Of a stretch of 64,000 nt of DNA, positions 9,764 to 19,900 are shown in pieces. Positions within the stretch are counted from its first letter, which is position 1; every line of letters begins with the position of its first letter. Origin of the DNA: an uncultured virus (IMG/VR IMGVR_UViG_3300029309_000020) (taxonomy: Duplodnaviria; Heunggongvirae; Uroviricota; Caudoviricetes); the IMG/VR virus record IMGVR_UViG_3300029309_000020. The stretch is one strand, 5' to 3'. The translations under genes were made by a program, and so were the position numbers. The notes under the pieces were generated by a model. The model searched no databases. It saw only the letters and a list, made by a program, of their open reading frames with translations, and was not told the DNA's origin.

Positions 9764-10981
9764 ATGGCAAAGTGGACAGTAAAAGGCGCCGTTGATAGCG
9801 AGCCTAAGTCAAAAAAAGAAACAGAACAAGCGGTTCTTGATAAAGCTGTTGAGAAAGGAGAAATAGACCCTCAACAAGCAGGTAAAGAATCAGATGAAAC
9901 ACCAAAAATTAATTTAGATGCCGTTCAGAAGCAAAGCACAGATGAGGTTCCTGTACGCGACGAACCCGGAACTAGCGAGGAAGTTCAAAAGGAAAACAAA
10001 GAAGAGAAAGTTGAAGAACCTACCGGAGAGAATAAACAGGAAGAGTCGCCGATCGAAATTATCAAAGAAGAGAAAGTTGAAGAGGGGACTGGGCAGCCTA
10101 AAGTCGATACGAACGCGGCTAAAGTAAACGAAATACCGGAGCAAAAAGAAAAAGCTCCTGAGAAAAAATTACCAGAAGGTATTGACAAATTAGTGCAATT
10201 TATGGATGATACTGGAGGATCTCTTGAAGATTATGTTAATATGAATAGAGATGTTTCAAGTTTATCTGAAGGTGAGCTATTAAGACAATATTATTCTCAA
10301 TCTAAACCTTGGGACTCTAAAGAAATCTCAGAATACATGGATGACAATTTCACGTATGATGAAGAAACTGAAGAGCCTAAAGAAATTCGCGCAAAGAAAC
10401 GCGCATATAAAGAAGAACTTCATAACGCACGTAAGTTTTTTACAAATCATAAAGAAAAGTATTATACGGATCTTAAGTTAAACCGTCAAAAAGAAATTCC
10501 TGAAGATTATGTAAATGCTTATAATGCTTATAATGAATATCAACAAGGACAAGAGTCTAACAAACAACTTAACCAGATTTTTTTAGAAAGAACAGATAAC
10601 ATTTTTAACGATACTTTTAAAGGTTTTGATTTCCAGGTTGGAGACAATAAATACCGATACAAAGTAAATAATGTTAATGAAACAAAACGAATGCAGTCTG
10701 ACATTTCTAACTTTATCAAACCATTTATGAATGATAAAGGTGAAATTGGCAATGTCGCAGGCTATCACAAAGCCTTATTCGCTGCAAGAAATGCGGATAA
10801 AATAGCGCAGCATTTTTATGAGCAAGGCCGTGCCGACGCTTTAACAGAAAGTGCAAAAGAAGCTAAAAATATTGATATGAGTCCTCGACAAGAAGGTGTC
10901 ATAGAAACAAAAGCTGGTCAAAAATTTAGAGTTGTTTCAGGAGATTCTAGTTCAAAACTAAGAATTAAACTTAAACAATAA
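9764..10981 (+). CDS. Capsid scaffolding protein
   Basis: Acidic low-complexity N-terminus; lies between portal and major capsid genes. Confidence 0.7.
   Translation: MAKWTVKGAVDSEPKSKKETEQAVLDKAVEKGEIDPQQAGKESDETPKINLDAVQKQSTDEVPVRDEPGTSEEVQKENKEEKVEEPTGENKQEESPIEIIKEEKVEEGTGQPKVDTNAAKVNEIPEQKEKAPEKKLPEGIDKLVQFMDDTGGSLEDYVNMNRDVSSLSEGELLRQYYSQSKPWDSKEISEYMDDNFTYDEETEEPKEIRAKKRAYKEELHNARKFFTNHKEKYYTDLKLNRQKEIPEDYVNAYNAYNEYQQGQESNKQLNQIFLERTDNIFNDTFKGFDFQVGDNKYRYKVNNVNETKRMQSDISNFIKPFMNDKGEIGNVAGYHKALFAARNADKIAQHFYEQGRADALTESAKEAKNIDMSPRQEGVIETKAGQKFRVVSGDSSSKLRIKLKQ
9918..10127 (+). CDS. Candidate overprinted small basic protein in the +1 frame of the scaffold gene
   Basis: MPFRSKAQMRFLYATNPELARKF... 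resembles the free-standing ORF MPYVSDAQRKAVWA at 53757; leader TAATTTAGATG is identical to that of the 56754 gene. Confidence 0.6.
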   Translation: MPFRSKAQMRFLYATNPELARKFKRKTKKRKLKNLPERINRKSRRSKLSKKRKLKRGLGSLKSIRTRLK

Positions 10982-10992
10982 AAATTTAAAAA

Positions 10993-12450
10993 ATGGCTTT
11001 AACAACTGGAATAGAACATTTAACCCCTTCGCCTAGCAAAGGGCAATTGTTCCAAGGTAATTATATTACCGATTTCGATTTTACAAAACAATTTTTACCA
11101 GACGTATACGAAAAAGAAGCTGAGATTTATGGAAATAGATCTATTGGTTCATTTTTACGTATGGTGTCTGCGGAAATGCCTTCTGCTTCTGATGAAATCA
11201 GATGGGTAGAGCAAGGTAGATTACATGTCAAATACGACAAAGTAAGTATGGCATCAGCAGGGGGTACTGGAACAGTAGTATTTACTATAAATTTGCAAGC
11301 AAATCCTGATGGTACTGCTTATGCAGCAGGAGCCGCTGGAGCAGTGCGCGTTGGCCAAACTATTATGGTTCAAGGAGGTAATGGTAGTGGTGTGCCTGTA
11401 GGGCCTGTATTAAAAGGCGTAGTTACTGTGGGGTCTGCCGCAGCCGCTGGAGATACAGCTACATTTACTGCCATATGTTATACAGCTGCTAACTTTAATG
11501 CAGTAACTGGCGCTTCAGGATATCAAAATGGTGATGCTACGGTATTAGTATATGGTTCTGAATTTGCAAAAGGTACAGACGGAATGGACGGCGCAATTGA
11601 CGCCTCTTACAGCTCATATACTAACAAACCTATTATCTTAAAAGATAACTACAATATCAACGGATCTGACACCGCTCAGATTGGTTGGATTGAAGTTACT
11701 TCTGAAAATGGTGCTTCGGGATACTTATGGTATTTAAAGTCTGAGCATGAAACAAGGCAAAGATTTGAAGATTATTTAGAAATGTCTATGGTAGAAGCTG
11801 TTAAAAAAGCAGCCGGCGCTGGTTCTGGATTCCCAGCTAATGTAACTGGCTCTGAAGGTTTATTTGCAGCTTTAGAAAGCAGAGGAAACGTATTTACAGA
11901 TCTTTCTTCTGATACAGATCTTTCTGATTTTGATGTTATCTTAAAACAATTAGATAAAAACGGTGCGATTGAAGAAAATATGATTTATACAGATCGTGCA
12001 TTATCTTTATCTATTGATGATGGATTAGCTTCTAAAAATTCTTATGGTTCTGGAGGTACTTCTTACGGGGTATTTAATAATTCAGAAGAAATGGCATTAA
12101 ATTTAGGTTTTGCAGGTTTTAGAAGAGGTTCTTATGACTTCTATAAAACTGATTGGAAATATCTTAACGACTTTGGCACTAGAGGCGGTTTTAACGATAT
12201 TGAAGGTGTTATTATACCAGCGGGTACATCAACTGTATATGATCAGGAATTAGGTCAAAATATTAAAAGACCGTTCTTACATATTAGATATAGAGCGTCT
12301 GAAACTGATGATAGAAAAATGAAAACTTGGATTACTGGTTCTGTAGGCGGAGCTTATACTTCTACTACCGACGAAATGCGAGTTTCTATGCTATCTGAAA
12401 GATGTTTGATTACTCAAGGTGCAAACAACTTCTTCTTATTGAAAGACTAA
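10993..12450 (+). CDS. Major capsid protein
   Basis: 485 aa; FLPDVYEKEAEIYGNR, W.EQGRLH, GFRRGSYDFYKTDWKYLND motifs; followed by a strong hairpin. Confidence 0.88.
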   Translation: MALTTGIEHLTPSPSKGQLFQGNYITDFDFTKQFLPDVYEKEAEIYGNRSIGSFLRMVSAEMPSASDEIRWVEQGRLHVKYDKVSMASAGGTGTVVFTINLQANPDGTAYAAGAAGAVRVGQTIMVQGGNGSGVPVGPVLKGVVTVGSAAAAGDTATFTAICYTAANFNAVTGASGYQNGDATVLVYGSEFAKGTDGMDGAIDASYSSYTNKPIILKDNYNINGSDTAQIGWIEVTSENGASGYLWYLKSEHETRQRFEDYLEMSMVEAVKKAAGAGSGFPANVTGSEGLFAALESRGNVFTDLSSDTDLSDFDVILKQLDKNGAIEENMIYTDRALSLSIDDGLASKNSYGSGGTSYGVFNNSEEMALNLGFAGFRRGSYDFYKTDWKYLNDFGTRGGFNDIEGVIIPAGTSTVYDQELGQNIKRPFLHIRYRASETDDRKMKTWITGSVGGAYTSTTDEMRVSMLSERCLITQGANNFFLLKD

Positions 12451-12458
12451 TTATTAAT

Positions 12459-12494
12459 GTAAAGACGGGGTATCTTAGGGTACCCCAACTTTAC
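12459..12494 (+). terminator. Stem-loop after the major capsid gene (terminator or stabilising hairpin)
   Basis: GTAAAG-AC-GGGGTATC-TTAG-GGTACCCC-AA-CTTTAC inverted repeat; weak U tract. Confidence 0.65.
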
Positions 12495-12516
12495 TCATAT
12501 TTTATTAAATTATATT

Positions 12517-13272
12517 ATGAAAACAACAAAAAAAGTTCCTGTTTTAGAAAAAAAATGGGAAATAAAAGATAGAACATACGTTTTAAAAAATGGTATGTCC
12601 CCTTTAACTTACAAAATAAAAAGCAGAGGTATACTTTGGTTTGACGAAGATAAAGGTATAAATAGAGAAATTAGATATGCATCAAATCAAAATTCATTAT
12701 TTCGAGATGAGCAAGATCAATTTGCAAGACTTGATCACATAATTTTTGAAAACGGGGTATTATCAGTGCCACGTACTCAACCTTTATTGCAACAGCTTTT
12801 ATCTGTTTATCATCCTCAAAAAGACAATTTGTGGGAAGAGTTAGACCCAGTGCAGGAAGCTGTAGATGATGTAGAAGTTATAGAATACGAATTAAAAGCT
12901 ATGAGGCTTGTTCAGGAGCTTGATATTGAGCATTTAGAAGCAATATTAAGGACTGAAGTAGGGTCTGAAGTAACCACTATGTCTTCAAAAGAAATAAAAA
13001 GAGACTGTTACTTATTTGCTAAAAATGAGCCAAAATTATTTATAGAGGTTGCTAATGACGAAGATATTAAACTTCGTAACTTAGCTAATCGGTGTGTTGA
13101 GGCTGGCATAGTAAAATTATCAGAAGATAACACAATATTTCAGTGGGCAACTAACGGAAAAAAAATAATGACTGTTCCTTTTGATGAACATCCTTATGGT
13201 GCGTTTGCAAGATTCTTTAAAACAGATGACGGTGTAGACGTTATGAAAGCTATTGTAAAAAAACTTTCATAA
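12517..13272 (+). CDS. Hypothetical protein of the head module
   Basis: 251-aa ORF downstream of the major capsid gene. Confidence 0.75.
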   Translation: MKTTKKVPVLEKKWEIKDRTYVLKNGMSPLTYKIKSRGILWFDEDKGINREIRYASNQNSLFRDEQDQFARLDHIIFENGVLSVPRTQPLLQQLLSVYHPQKDNLWEELDPVQEAVDDVEVIEYELKAMRLVQELDIEHLEAILRTEVGSEVTTMSSKEIKRDCYLFAKNEPKLFIEVANDEDIKLRNLANRCVEAGIVKLSEDNTIFQWATNGKKIMTVPFDEHPYGAFARFFKTDDGVDVMKAIVKKLS

Positions 13273-13279
13273 AATAACA

Positions 13280-13307
13280 GGTTATGATTATTCGTTTAGT
13301 CATAACC
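13280..13307 (+). terminator. Intergenic stem-loop
   Basis: GGTTATGATTA-ttcgtt-TAGTCATAACC; no U tract. Confidence 0.5.
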
Positions 13308-13329
13308 ATCTAAACAAATAACAAAAATA

Positions 13330-14034
13330 ATGGTAAGTATAGATAGTGTTTATAAAACAGTTTTAAATATCCTTAATAAAGAAAACAGAGGTTATATTGT
13401 GCCTAGAGAGTTTAATACTCTAGCACTGCAAGCTCAAAGTGAAATTTTTGAAGGATATTTTTCTTCAAGAAATTACGCTATAACTAATGACTCAGATTAT
13501 TCTGATATTAAAAAAAATATAGAAGAAAAAATTGCTGAATTTGAAAACGAGGAAACAATAACAGCCGGGTCGTTTACAAACCCTGCCGGTAATACTACTA
13601 ATAGTTATTATGCTTACCCAACTAATTTTTATAGATTAAGTAGCGTTGGTGCAAATAACATATCTGTACAAGAAGTTACTAATAAAAAACTAAACTATAT
13701 AAATAGATCTCCACTTATGAAACCTACAATAAACAATCCTTTGTTTGTTAGGCATGAGGGTGGTGTGGTAATACATCCAACAAGTGGTATATCTAGTATA
13801 TTAATAAATTATATTAGAAAACCCGCCGAGCCACAATGGGTCGGGGGTACTACGGCAGGGCAAGTTGTAGCAAATACATCTGCAAGTGCATATAAAGATT
13901 TTGAGCTCCATAGCTCTGAATTCCCTGAGCTAGTAATTAAAATATTATCTTATGCAGGTGTTATTATAAGAGCGGCTGATATAGCGCAGGTTGCTACGGC
14001 AAAAGAACAACAAATAATTCAATCTGAAAGATAA
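13330..14034 (+). CDS. Head-tail adaptor / tail ring protein
   Basis: VY.TVL.ILNKENRGY..P.EFN N-terminus and FELH.SE...LVIKIL C-terminus; position after the head genes. Confidence 0.65.
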   Translation: MVSIDSVYKTVLNILNKENRGYIVPREFNTLALQAQSEIFEGYFSSRNYAITNDSDYSDIKKNIEEKIAEFENEETITAGSFTNPAGNTTNSYYAYPTNFYRLSSVGANNISVQEVTNKKLNYINRSPLMKPTINNPLFVRHEGGVVIHPTSGISSILINYIRKPAEPQWVGGTTAGQVVANTSASAYKDFELHSSEFPELVIKILSYAGVIIRAADIAQVATAKEQQIIQSER

Positions 14035-14978
14035 TGGCAGAAACAAGAAAACTTTATAACGAGAGAGGTTATTATGCTAAACATCAAGGAGATACTGGAA
14101 ATATACCTTCAGACTTTTTAGGATTAGGGTATTATAGAAGAACAAGTCTAGAAGATATTATAAACAACTTTATTGTTGCTTATGTAGGCGAAGAAAAAGC
14201 TTTATCAAAAATACCAAGATATGAGGTTGATTTTTGGGCACAAAGAGGAATGCAAGAATTTAGCTATGATATATTGCATAGTGAAAAAAGTATAGAAGCT
14301 GAACTAGGTCCAGCAAAAACATTCCCCTTACCACAAGATTATGTTTCTTTAGTTCAGGTTTCTTTTGTAGGAGAAGATGGAATAAAAAAATGTTTATTAT
14401 CAAAAAGAAAGGTAAGTAATCCTGATGCTCCACTGCAAGATGGTAATTTTGAATATACATTTGATAGCAATGGCGATTTACAGCTGGCAAGCTTATCAGA
14501 TACAATGACTCGTTTTCAAGACGAAAATAATCCCGCTAATACACCTCAATCTGCAGAAGAATATTATTATTCAAATTATAATAATGATAATTTTTCTTAT
14601 TTTAATAAAAGATTCGGCGGTAATCCAGAAGATATGAATGCTACGGGTTATTATGTATTAAGCGAAAAAGACGGATTAATTTATTTTGACGGCACTTTCG
14701 CTAACACAAATGTAATAGTAGTTGATTATATATCTGATGGTATAGCTGATAACGGTAATTTAGCAAATGTATTTATACCTAAGTTAGCAGAGGATGCTTT
14801 GTATGCTTATATGTTGTATAACTTAGCTAAGGTTCGACCAGCTGCTGCGCAGCTTGCTGCTTTATATAAAAAAGAAGCTAGTGCTAAGTTAAGAAATGCA
14901 AAAATAAGATTAAGCAATTATAACTTAAAAGAGCTTGCCCAAGTATTAAGAGGTAAAGCTAAATGGATTAAACATTAA
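14034..14978 (+). CDS. Tail ring / structural protein
   Basis: SL.DIINNF..AYVG, LPQDYV, YISDG, RNAKIRLSN...RGKAKWIKH motifs. Confidence 0.65.
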   Translation: MAETRKLYNERGYYAKHQGDTGNIPSDFLGLGYYRRTSLEDIINNFIVAYVGEEKALSKIPRYEVDFWAQRGMQEFSYDILHSEKSIEAELGPAKTFPLPQDYVSLVQVSFVGEDGIKKCLLSKRKVSNPDAPLQDGNFEYTFDSNGDLQLASLSDTMTRFQDENNPANTPQSAEEYYYSNYNNDNFSYFNKRFGGNPEDMNATGYYVLSEKDGLIYFDGTFANTNVIVVDYISDGIADNGNLANVFIPKLAEDALYAYMLYNLAKVRPAAAQLAALYKKEASAKLRNAKIRLSNYNLKELAQVLRGKAKWIKH

Positions 14979-14984
14979 AATTAA

Positions 14985-16724
14985 ATGGCAGAAAGCAAAA
15001 GAACGTTTCAGGCCGCTCGGATGAATAAAGATATTGAAGAAAAAATATTAAAGCCGGGCGAATATAGAGACGCACTTAACGTTAGTGTAGATTTTTCAGA
15101 AGATGGAAATATTGGCGCTATTGAAAATTTAAAAGGTAATGAGCTTTTGGCTGGACAAGATATTTTAGGTTTAAGCTCATCATCTAATCCTAACGCTAAA
15201 GTTATAGGAAGCATTGCACATCCTGAAGAAGAAAAAATATATTTTTTTGTTACAGGTGATAAAATGGACGGTATATTTGAATATGATTTAACAGCATCTT
15301 CAAATCAAACAAAACCTATTATATTAGATAGCTCTGTTTTATCAACCACTATAAATAATATTTTAACATTTTCTGAAATAAATGCTACTGCTGGTGTTGC
15401 ACAAGATGGTACAATTTCTGTAGATGCTAATATAGACGTAGAATCTTTAACACCTAATTTTAGTCCAAATACAACGGGTTCAAATGCCGCAAGAAAGGTA
15501 ACTATTAGAGGAATTGTACCAGATGAATTTGATAATGGTGGAGAAATGTTAGTAGGCAGTGTTTCAGCAACTCAGGCTAGCATAGCGGCTCCTGAGGTTA
15601 TAACACTAGAACCTTTAACTATAGGCGAAACTACCGCTACTTTATCTGCTTCTTTAACAAATGATAGCGTCAATGTTACATCGCAAGGTTTTTACTATGG
15701 ATTTAAAGTAGCAAGTAACACAGCATTAACTATATCAGAATTAATAAGTGGTGGCACTGGAATAACAAGGTTTACTGTAACAAATTCAAACGTTAGGAAT
15801 AGTTTTACTAAGGATATAACTAGTTTAACTAGCAGCAAACTTATTAGCTTTGCTGGGTTTGCAATCAACTCAGTTGGAACAGGAAATGGAAATGTAAAAA
15901 CTTTTACAACAAAAACCCCGCCTCCTGCTAATAGGATAAGCGGCAATGAATACGTTATTGTACCCGCCATAGGCGATGTTACCGCTGGTAATGCAACGGA
16001 CGAAATCGTGGATAGAAATATAGGATATGGAAGTTTTTTTAAAGCTAGCGGTGATTGTTATTTAAATATAGCGGCACCGTCTAATGATGGTTTAAGAGCA
16101 AACGCCACTAATACAACATCTTTACACACCAATATTTCCGGGTTTTCTTCGTCCCCGTCTGGTCTAACTTTTGCAAAAGCTCACGGTGGTAACTCTAATA
16201 CTAAAAGTGCCGCTATATACGTAAGTAATTTTTCTGCTAATACAAGTTACCAAATAACTGTACCAGCTATAACCGGCATTCAAGCGCAAACTATAAGAAT
16301 CAATAAGGGGACTCCGTCTGGCACTTATTTTACGTCAACTCTAAATTTATCTTTAGGAATGGGCCTTTTTTTAGGTAATGCTGACATCCCAGCTGCTTAT
16401 GAATATAATCATAATACGTCTATTGCTCCTAATGCAACATATATATTAGGGCCTGTTTTGTCTGGTGAAAAAGCAAAGTGTGTAATTCCTTTAAATAACA
16501 CAGCAGCAGTAATAACTTCTACTGGCGCAGGTTCATTTGCTAGTTCTTTTAATGCTTCTAATCTATCTGTAACGGTAGTAGGTAAAACAGAAGGAGTTGA
16601 TTTTGATTACTATGTTGAAGATACGTCAACCGCCATTCTCGGCACAGTTCCCGGTATAATATTTGAAGGAACGCCTTCTTTACTAGGAAGTACTCCAACT
16701 GTTAATATAAATTATACTACATAA
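14985..16724 (+). CDS. Tail muzzle/stabilisation protein, N-terminal fragment, with appended beta-rich/FN3-like domains
   Basis: MNKD.EE..L..GEYRDALNV.V..SE...IGA.EN..GN N-terminal motif, then unrelated S/T/G-rich sequence. Confidence 0.65.
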   Translation: MAESKRTFQAARMNKDIEEKILKPGEYRDALNVSVDFSEDGNIGAIENLKGNELLAGQDILGLSSSSNPNAKVIGSIAHPEEEKIYFFVTGDKMDGIFEYDLTASSNQTKPIILDSSVLSTTINNILTFSEINATAGVAQDGTISVDANIDVESLTPNFSPNTTGSNAARKVTIRGIVPDEFDNGGEMLVGSVSATQASIAAPEVITLEPLTIGETTATLSASLTNDSVNVTSQGFYYGFKVASNTALTISELISGGTGITRFTVTNSNVRNSFTKDITSLTSSKLISFAGFAINSVGTGNGNVKTFTTKTPPPANRISGNEYVIVPAIGDVTAGNATDEIVDRNIGYGSFFKASGDCYLNIAAPSNDGLRANATNTTSLHTNISGFSSSPSGLTFAKAHGGNSNTKSAAIYVSNFSANTSYQITVPAITGIQAQTIRINKGTPSGTYFTSTLNLSLGMGLFLGNADIPAAYEYNHNTSIAPNATYILGPVLSGEKAKCVIPLNNTAAVITSTGAGSFASSFNASNLSVTVVGKTEGVDFDYYVEDTSTAILGTVPGIIFEGTPSLLGSTPTVNINYTT

Positions 16725-16972
16725 TGGCTAAAATAATTTTATATCCCGCAAGTGAAACAAGCTCAAAAACAGTTTTTGAAGCACCGGTTAATATAATTAT
16801 AGATTCTATAATTAATAAATATAATTTATCTTTAAATTTTAGTCAAGGAGATAGTATTAATTTAGGTGAAGATATATATATAGAAGATAATATGTCTATT
16901 GAAAATTTAGAAATAATAAATGGCGTTAGACAATCTGATGGATTTGTTACAGTAGAATATACAGAAATATAA
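16724..16972 (+). CDS. Small hypothetical virion-associated protein
   Basis: 82 aa, TAATG-coupled, lies between muzzle fragments. Confidence 0.6.
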   Translation: MAKIILYPASETSSKTVFEAPVNIIIDSIINKYNLSLNFSQGDSINLGEDIYIEDNMSIENLEIINGVRQSDGFVTVEYTEI

Positions 16973-16974
16973 AT

Positions 16975-19900
16975 ATGGCAAGTAATATATTACAATTTGA
17001 ACCAACACGTTTGATTACAGCAATTAATATAGTAGATGATATGTTGTTTTATTCAGACGGCGTTACAGAGCCTAAAAAAATTAATATAAAAAAATTTAGA
17101 GGAGATGATACGGCTGGAGAATTTGCAAATGTAAAAGTTGATCATTCTTCTGGAACAACTCATATATATGGCAGGCCTTTTGAAGAAAGAGATATAACCG
17201 TAATAAAAGATCACGCGGGTATTTCTGCTAATAAACTTTCTACAACAACTATAACAGAAAATTTTGGTATAGGAAGAGACGACTTAACCGTTAATGAAGT
17301 AACAGTAAAAAAACTAGAAATAGCCGATGGAGAAAGCTCTATAAAACAAGAAAATCCTACCAAGGGAAAAGTTGAATTAGTTTTTAATTCTACATCAATA
17401 GATTTAGTTGAAATGGAAGCAAAAGCTATTTTTGGTGGGGGATCTTTAATAGACGGAGGATTTATATATTCTCAAACCGATAGCACTATAGAAGATTTAA
17501 TAAAAAATCAAGGTGCTACTTCTACGAAAGTTACGGGCGACTATGTAATAGACGGGGGCAGCGCTACCTCTACATTTAGAATAGAAGGCGTTGATACAAA
17601 TTCTCCAGACTATAGTTCTTCGTTGTCAACAGGAAAACTTTGTGCTGTTGCTTTTATAAAGCTAAGGGGCCAGGATGAAATAATTTATAGCCCTGTACAA
17701 ACAATAAATGTATATAATCAAGTTGCTTCTTCAACAGCGCCTACAGGCTTAGTTACTCAACCAGAAAAAAAAATAAATCGAACAGATTATGAGTTTTCAG
17801 CTAAGTATTTAAGTAACGGCGGCTCGCCTATAACTAGAGCCGGTTTTTACGTAGCTGAAGGAAGATTAAATGATAATGATCCGGCTCCTACTGTACAAGA
17901 AATAATTAATAACGGACATAATTTTCCTGCAGAAAATAGAGATCCAAATGAAATATATATTACAAAAGCGCCTAAGCCAAATCATTTTTATTACTATGTT
18001 CCTTATATTGAAAATAAAAACGGTATTATTTATGGTGACGCTTTAACGGCTTCGAGCCAAGCAATAAAAAAGTTTAAGTCACAAACAACACTACCTCCTA
18101 CTGTTTATACTACTTCAGTAATTGATGCGGCTAATGCTAATACTCTTATAATTTCTGGCCATACTTATGGCAATATTAGAAATAGAAAAATGCTTCATCC
18201 AAAAATGCAAGTTACAGAGGTTGGTTTTTATTTTAGAAATTCTCCAGATTTTACAAGACAACAAGATATTATTAAAGGTCCTTTTTCTGGCAGCCCATTA
18301 AAAAATACTTCAGGAACATTTAAAGTTCCTGTAACAGGTTACAATTTTGAAAAAGGAGGACCGTTTAATTTAGATATTGCTAGTTTTTTACCAGGCAATT
18401 TAGCACAAGGAGAACAGGTTGCGTATGTTGCTTATATAAAACATACTGGTTTTGCAGGAACTAATGAAAAAGCAGGTGGGGTGAATTATTTTAAGGTTCC
18501 GGTAAATACAGTTGATAACCCTGTACTTGCGATAACTAGCTCTACATGGGACACAAAAGCTAACTCTACTTCTAATGCGGGTGTTAAAGATATAGAGGTT
18601 AAATATGAATTAGATCTTATTAAGTTTGATGATACAAAAACATTAGAAGATATAGGCATTATAGTTTCAAAGCCTTTAACCGCACAAGAAACAGCAAATA
18701 GTAAAGATGGAAAATGGGATACGGTTGAAGAAGTTATAAATTCTTCTAATTCAACTAGTATACAGCTTTCTAAAAGCGAACTTACATTTTCACCTCACGC
18801 AGGCAGTAATAATAAAGGTAGATATACAACTACAAACCCTATAGAAATACCTGGGTTAACACATAATGAATTTAATTATTTATCTAACAATAATATAAAA
18901 CCTTTAGGAGAGAACTGGTCTGCTGTTGGCTATGTAGTAGTAGATGGTAAAACACATTATACAGATGTATTTAATATAGATTCTGACGCTTCAAACACTA
19001 AAGTAAAAGATAAAGTAACTAAAAATATTATAGGGGCACCGTTAGTTTTAAATAAAAATTCATTAGAGCAAGGCGCTACAAATATTACAAGCAGCGGTGT
19101 CACTCTAAATGCAAGTATTAATAATACAGGTAAAGATATATCTGAAATAGGATTTTATGTAAGTACAGTTAAACCACCAGCAGCTGCAGTTGGGGGCGCG
19201 GCTCTTAGCGTTCCAAGATCTTTAGCGGATTCAAGAAATCCCGATTTAGATGCATGGATAGCTGGCGCAACAAAATATGCCTCTACAGATGTAAATACGA
19301 CTACTGCTAATAATCATATAAATCAGTCAACGAATGATTTTTTAGATTTTAAAGCGGTTATAACAGGGTTAAATCCTAAAAGTACATATTATTATGTACC
19401 TTATGTAAAACCTGTACAAACAACAAACGTGGGTGGTGATGTTTCTTATAACGGATCTGAAACTTTTAATACCATAATTAATTCTAATCATTATGGTTCT
19501 TTACAAAGTTTTAATACTGCACAAAATACAACTAATTTTTTGCATCCTCCTATAATTTCTGTAAGAGATGTAGAATTAATATCAAAAATTGAAGCTAAAG
19601 TTGATATATTACTAACTTATAGAAGCGGCACAGCTGCTACAATAACAGATATTGGTATTTTTGTTAAAAAAGCTTCTTTGTTCCCACAGCCATTTGCAAA
19701 TCAATCAGGCAACGCCGCTACAATGGCAAGTGCTACTAATAGAATTAGGGTAGACTATGGGGATTTATTTGGCTCTGGAACCACTTTTGCGGCCAACCTT
19801 TCTAATAAAGATGTTGGGGGTACACATAAGCAGTTTTATACAGTAAAAAACATAGAACAAGTAGACTATTATGTTTCCGCTTTTGTTGAATATAGCCATA

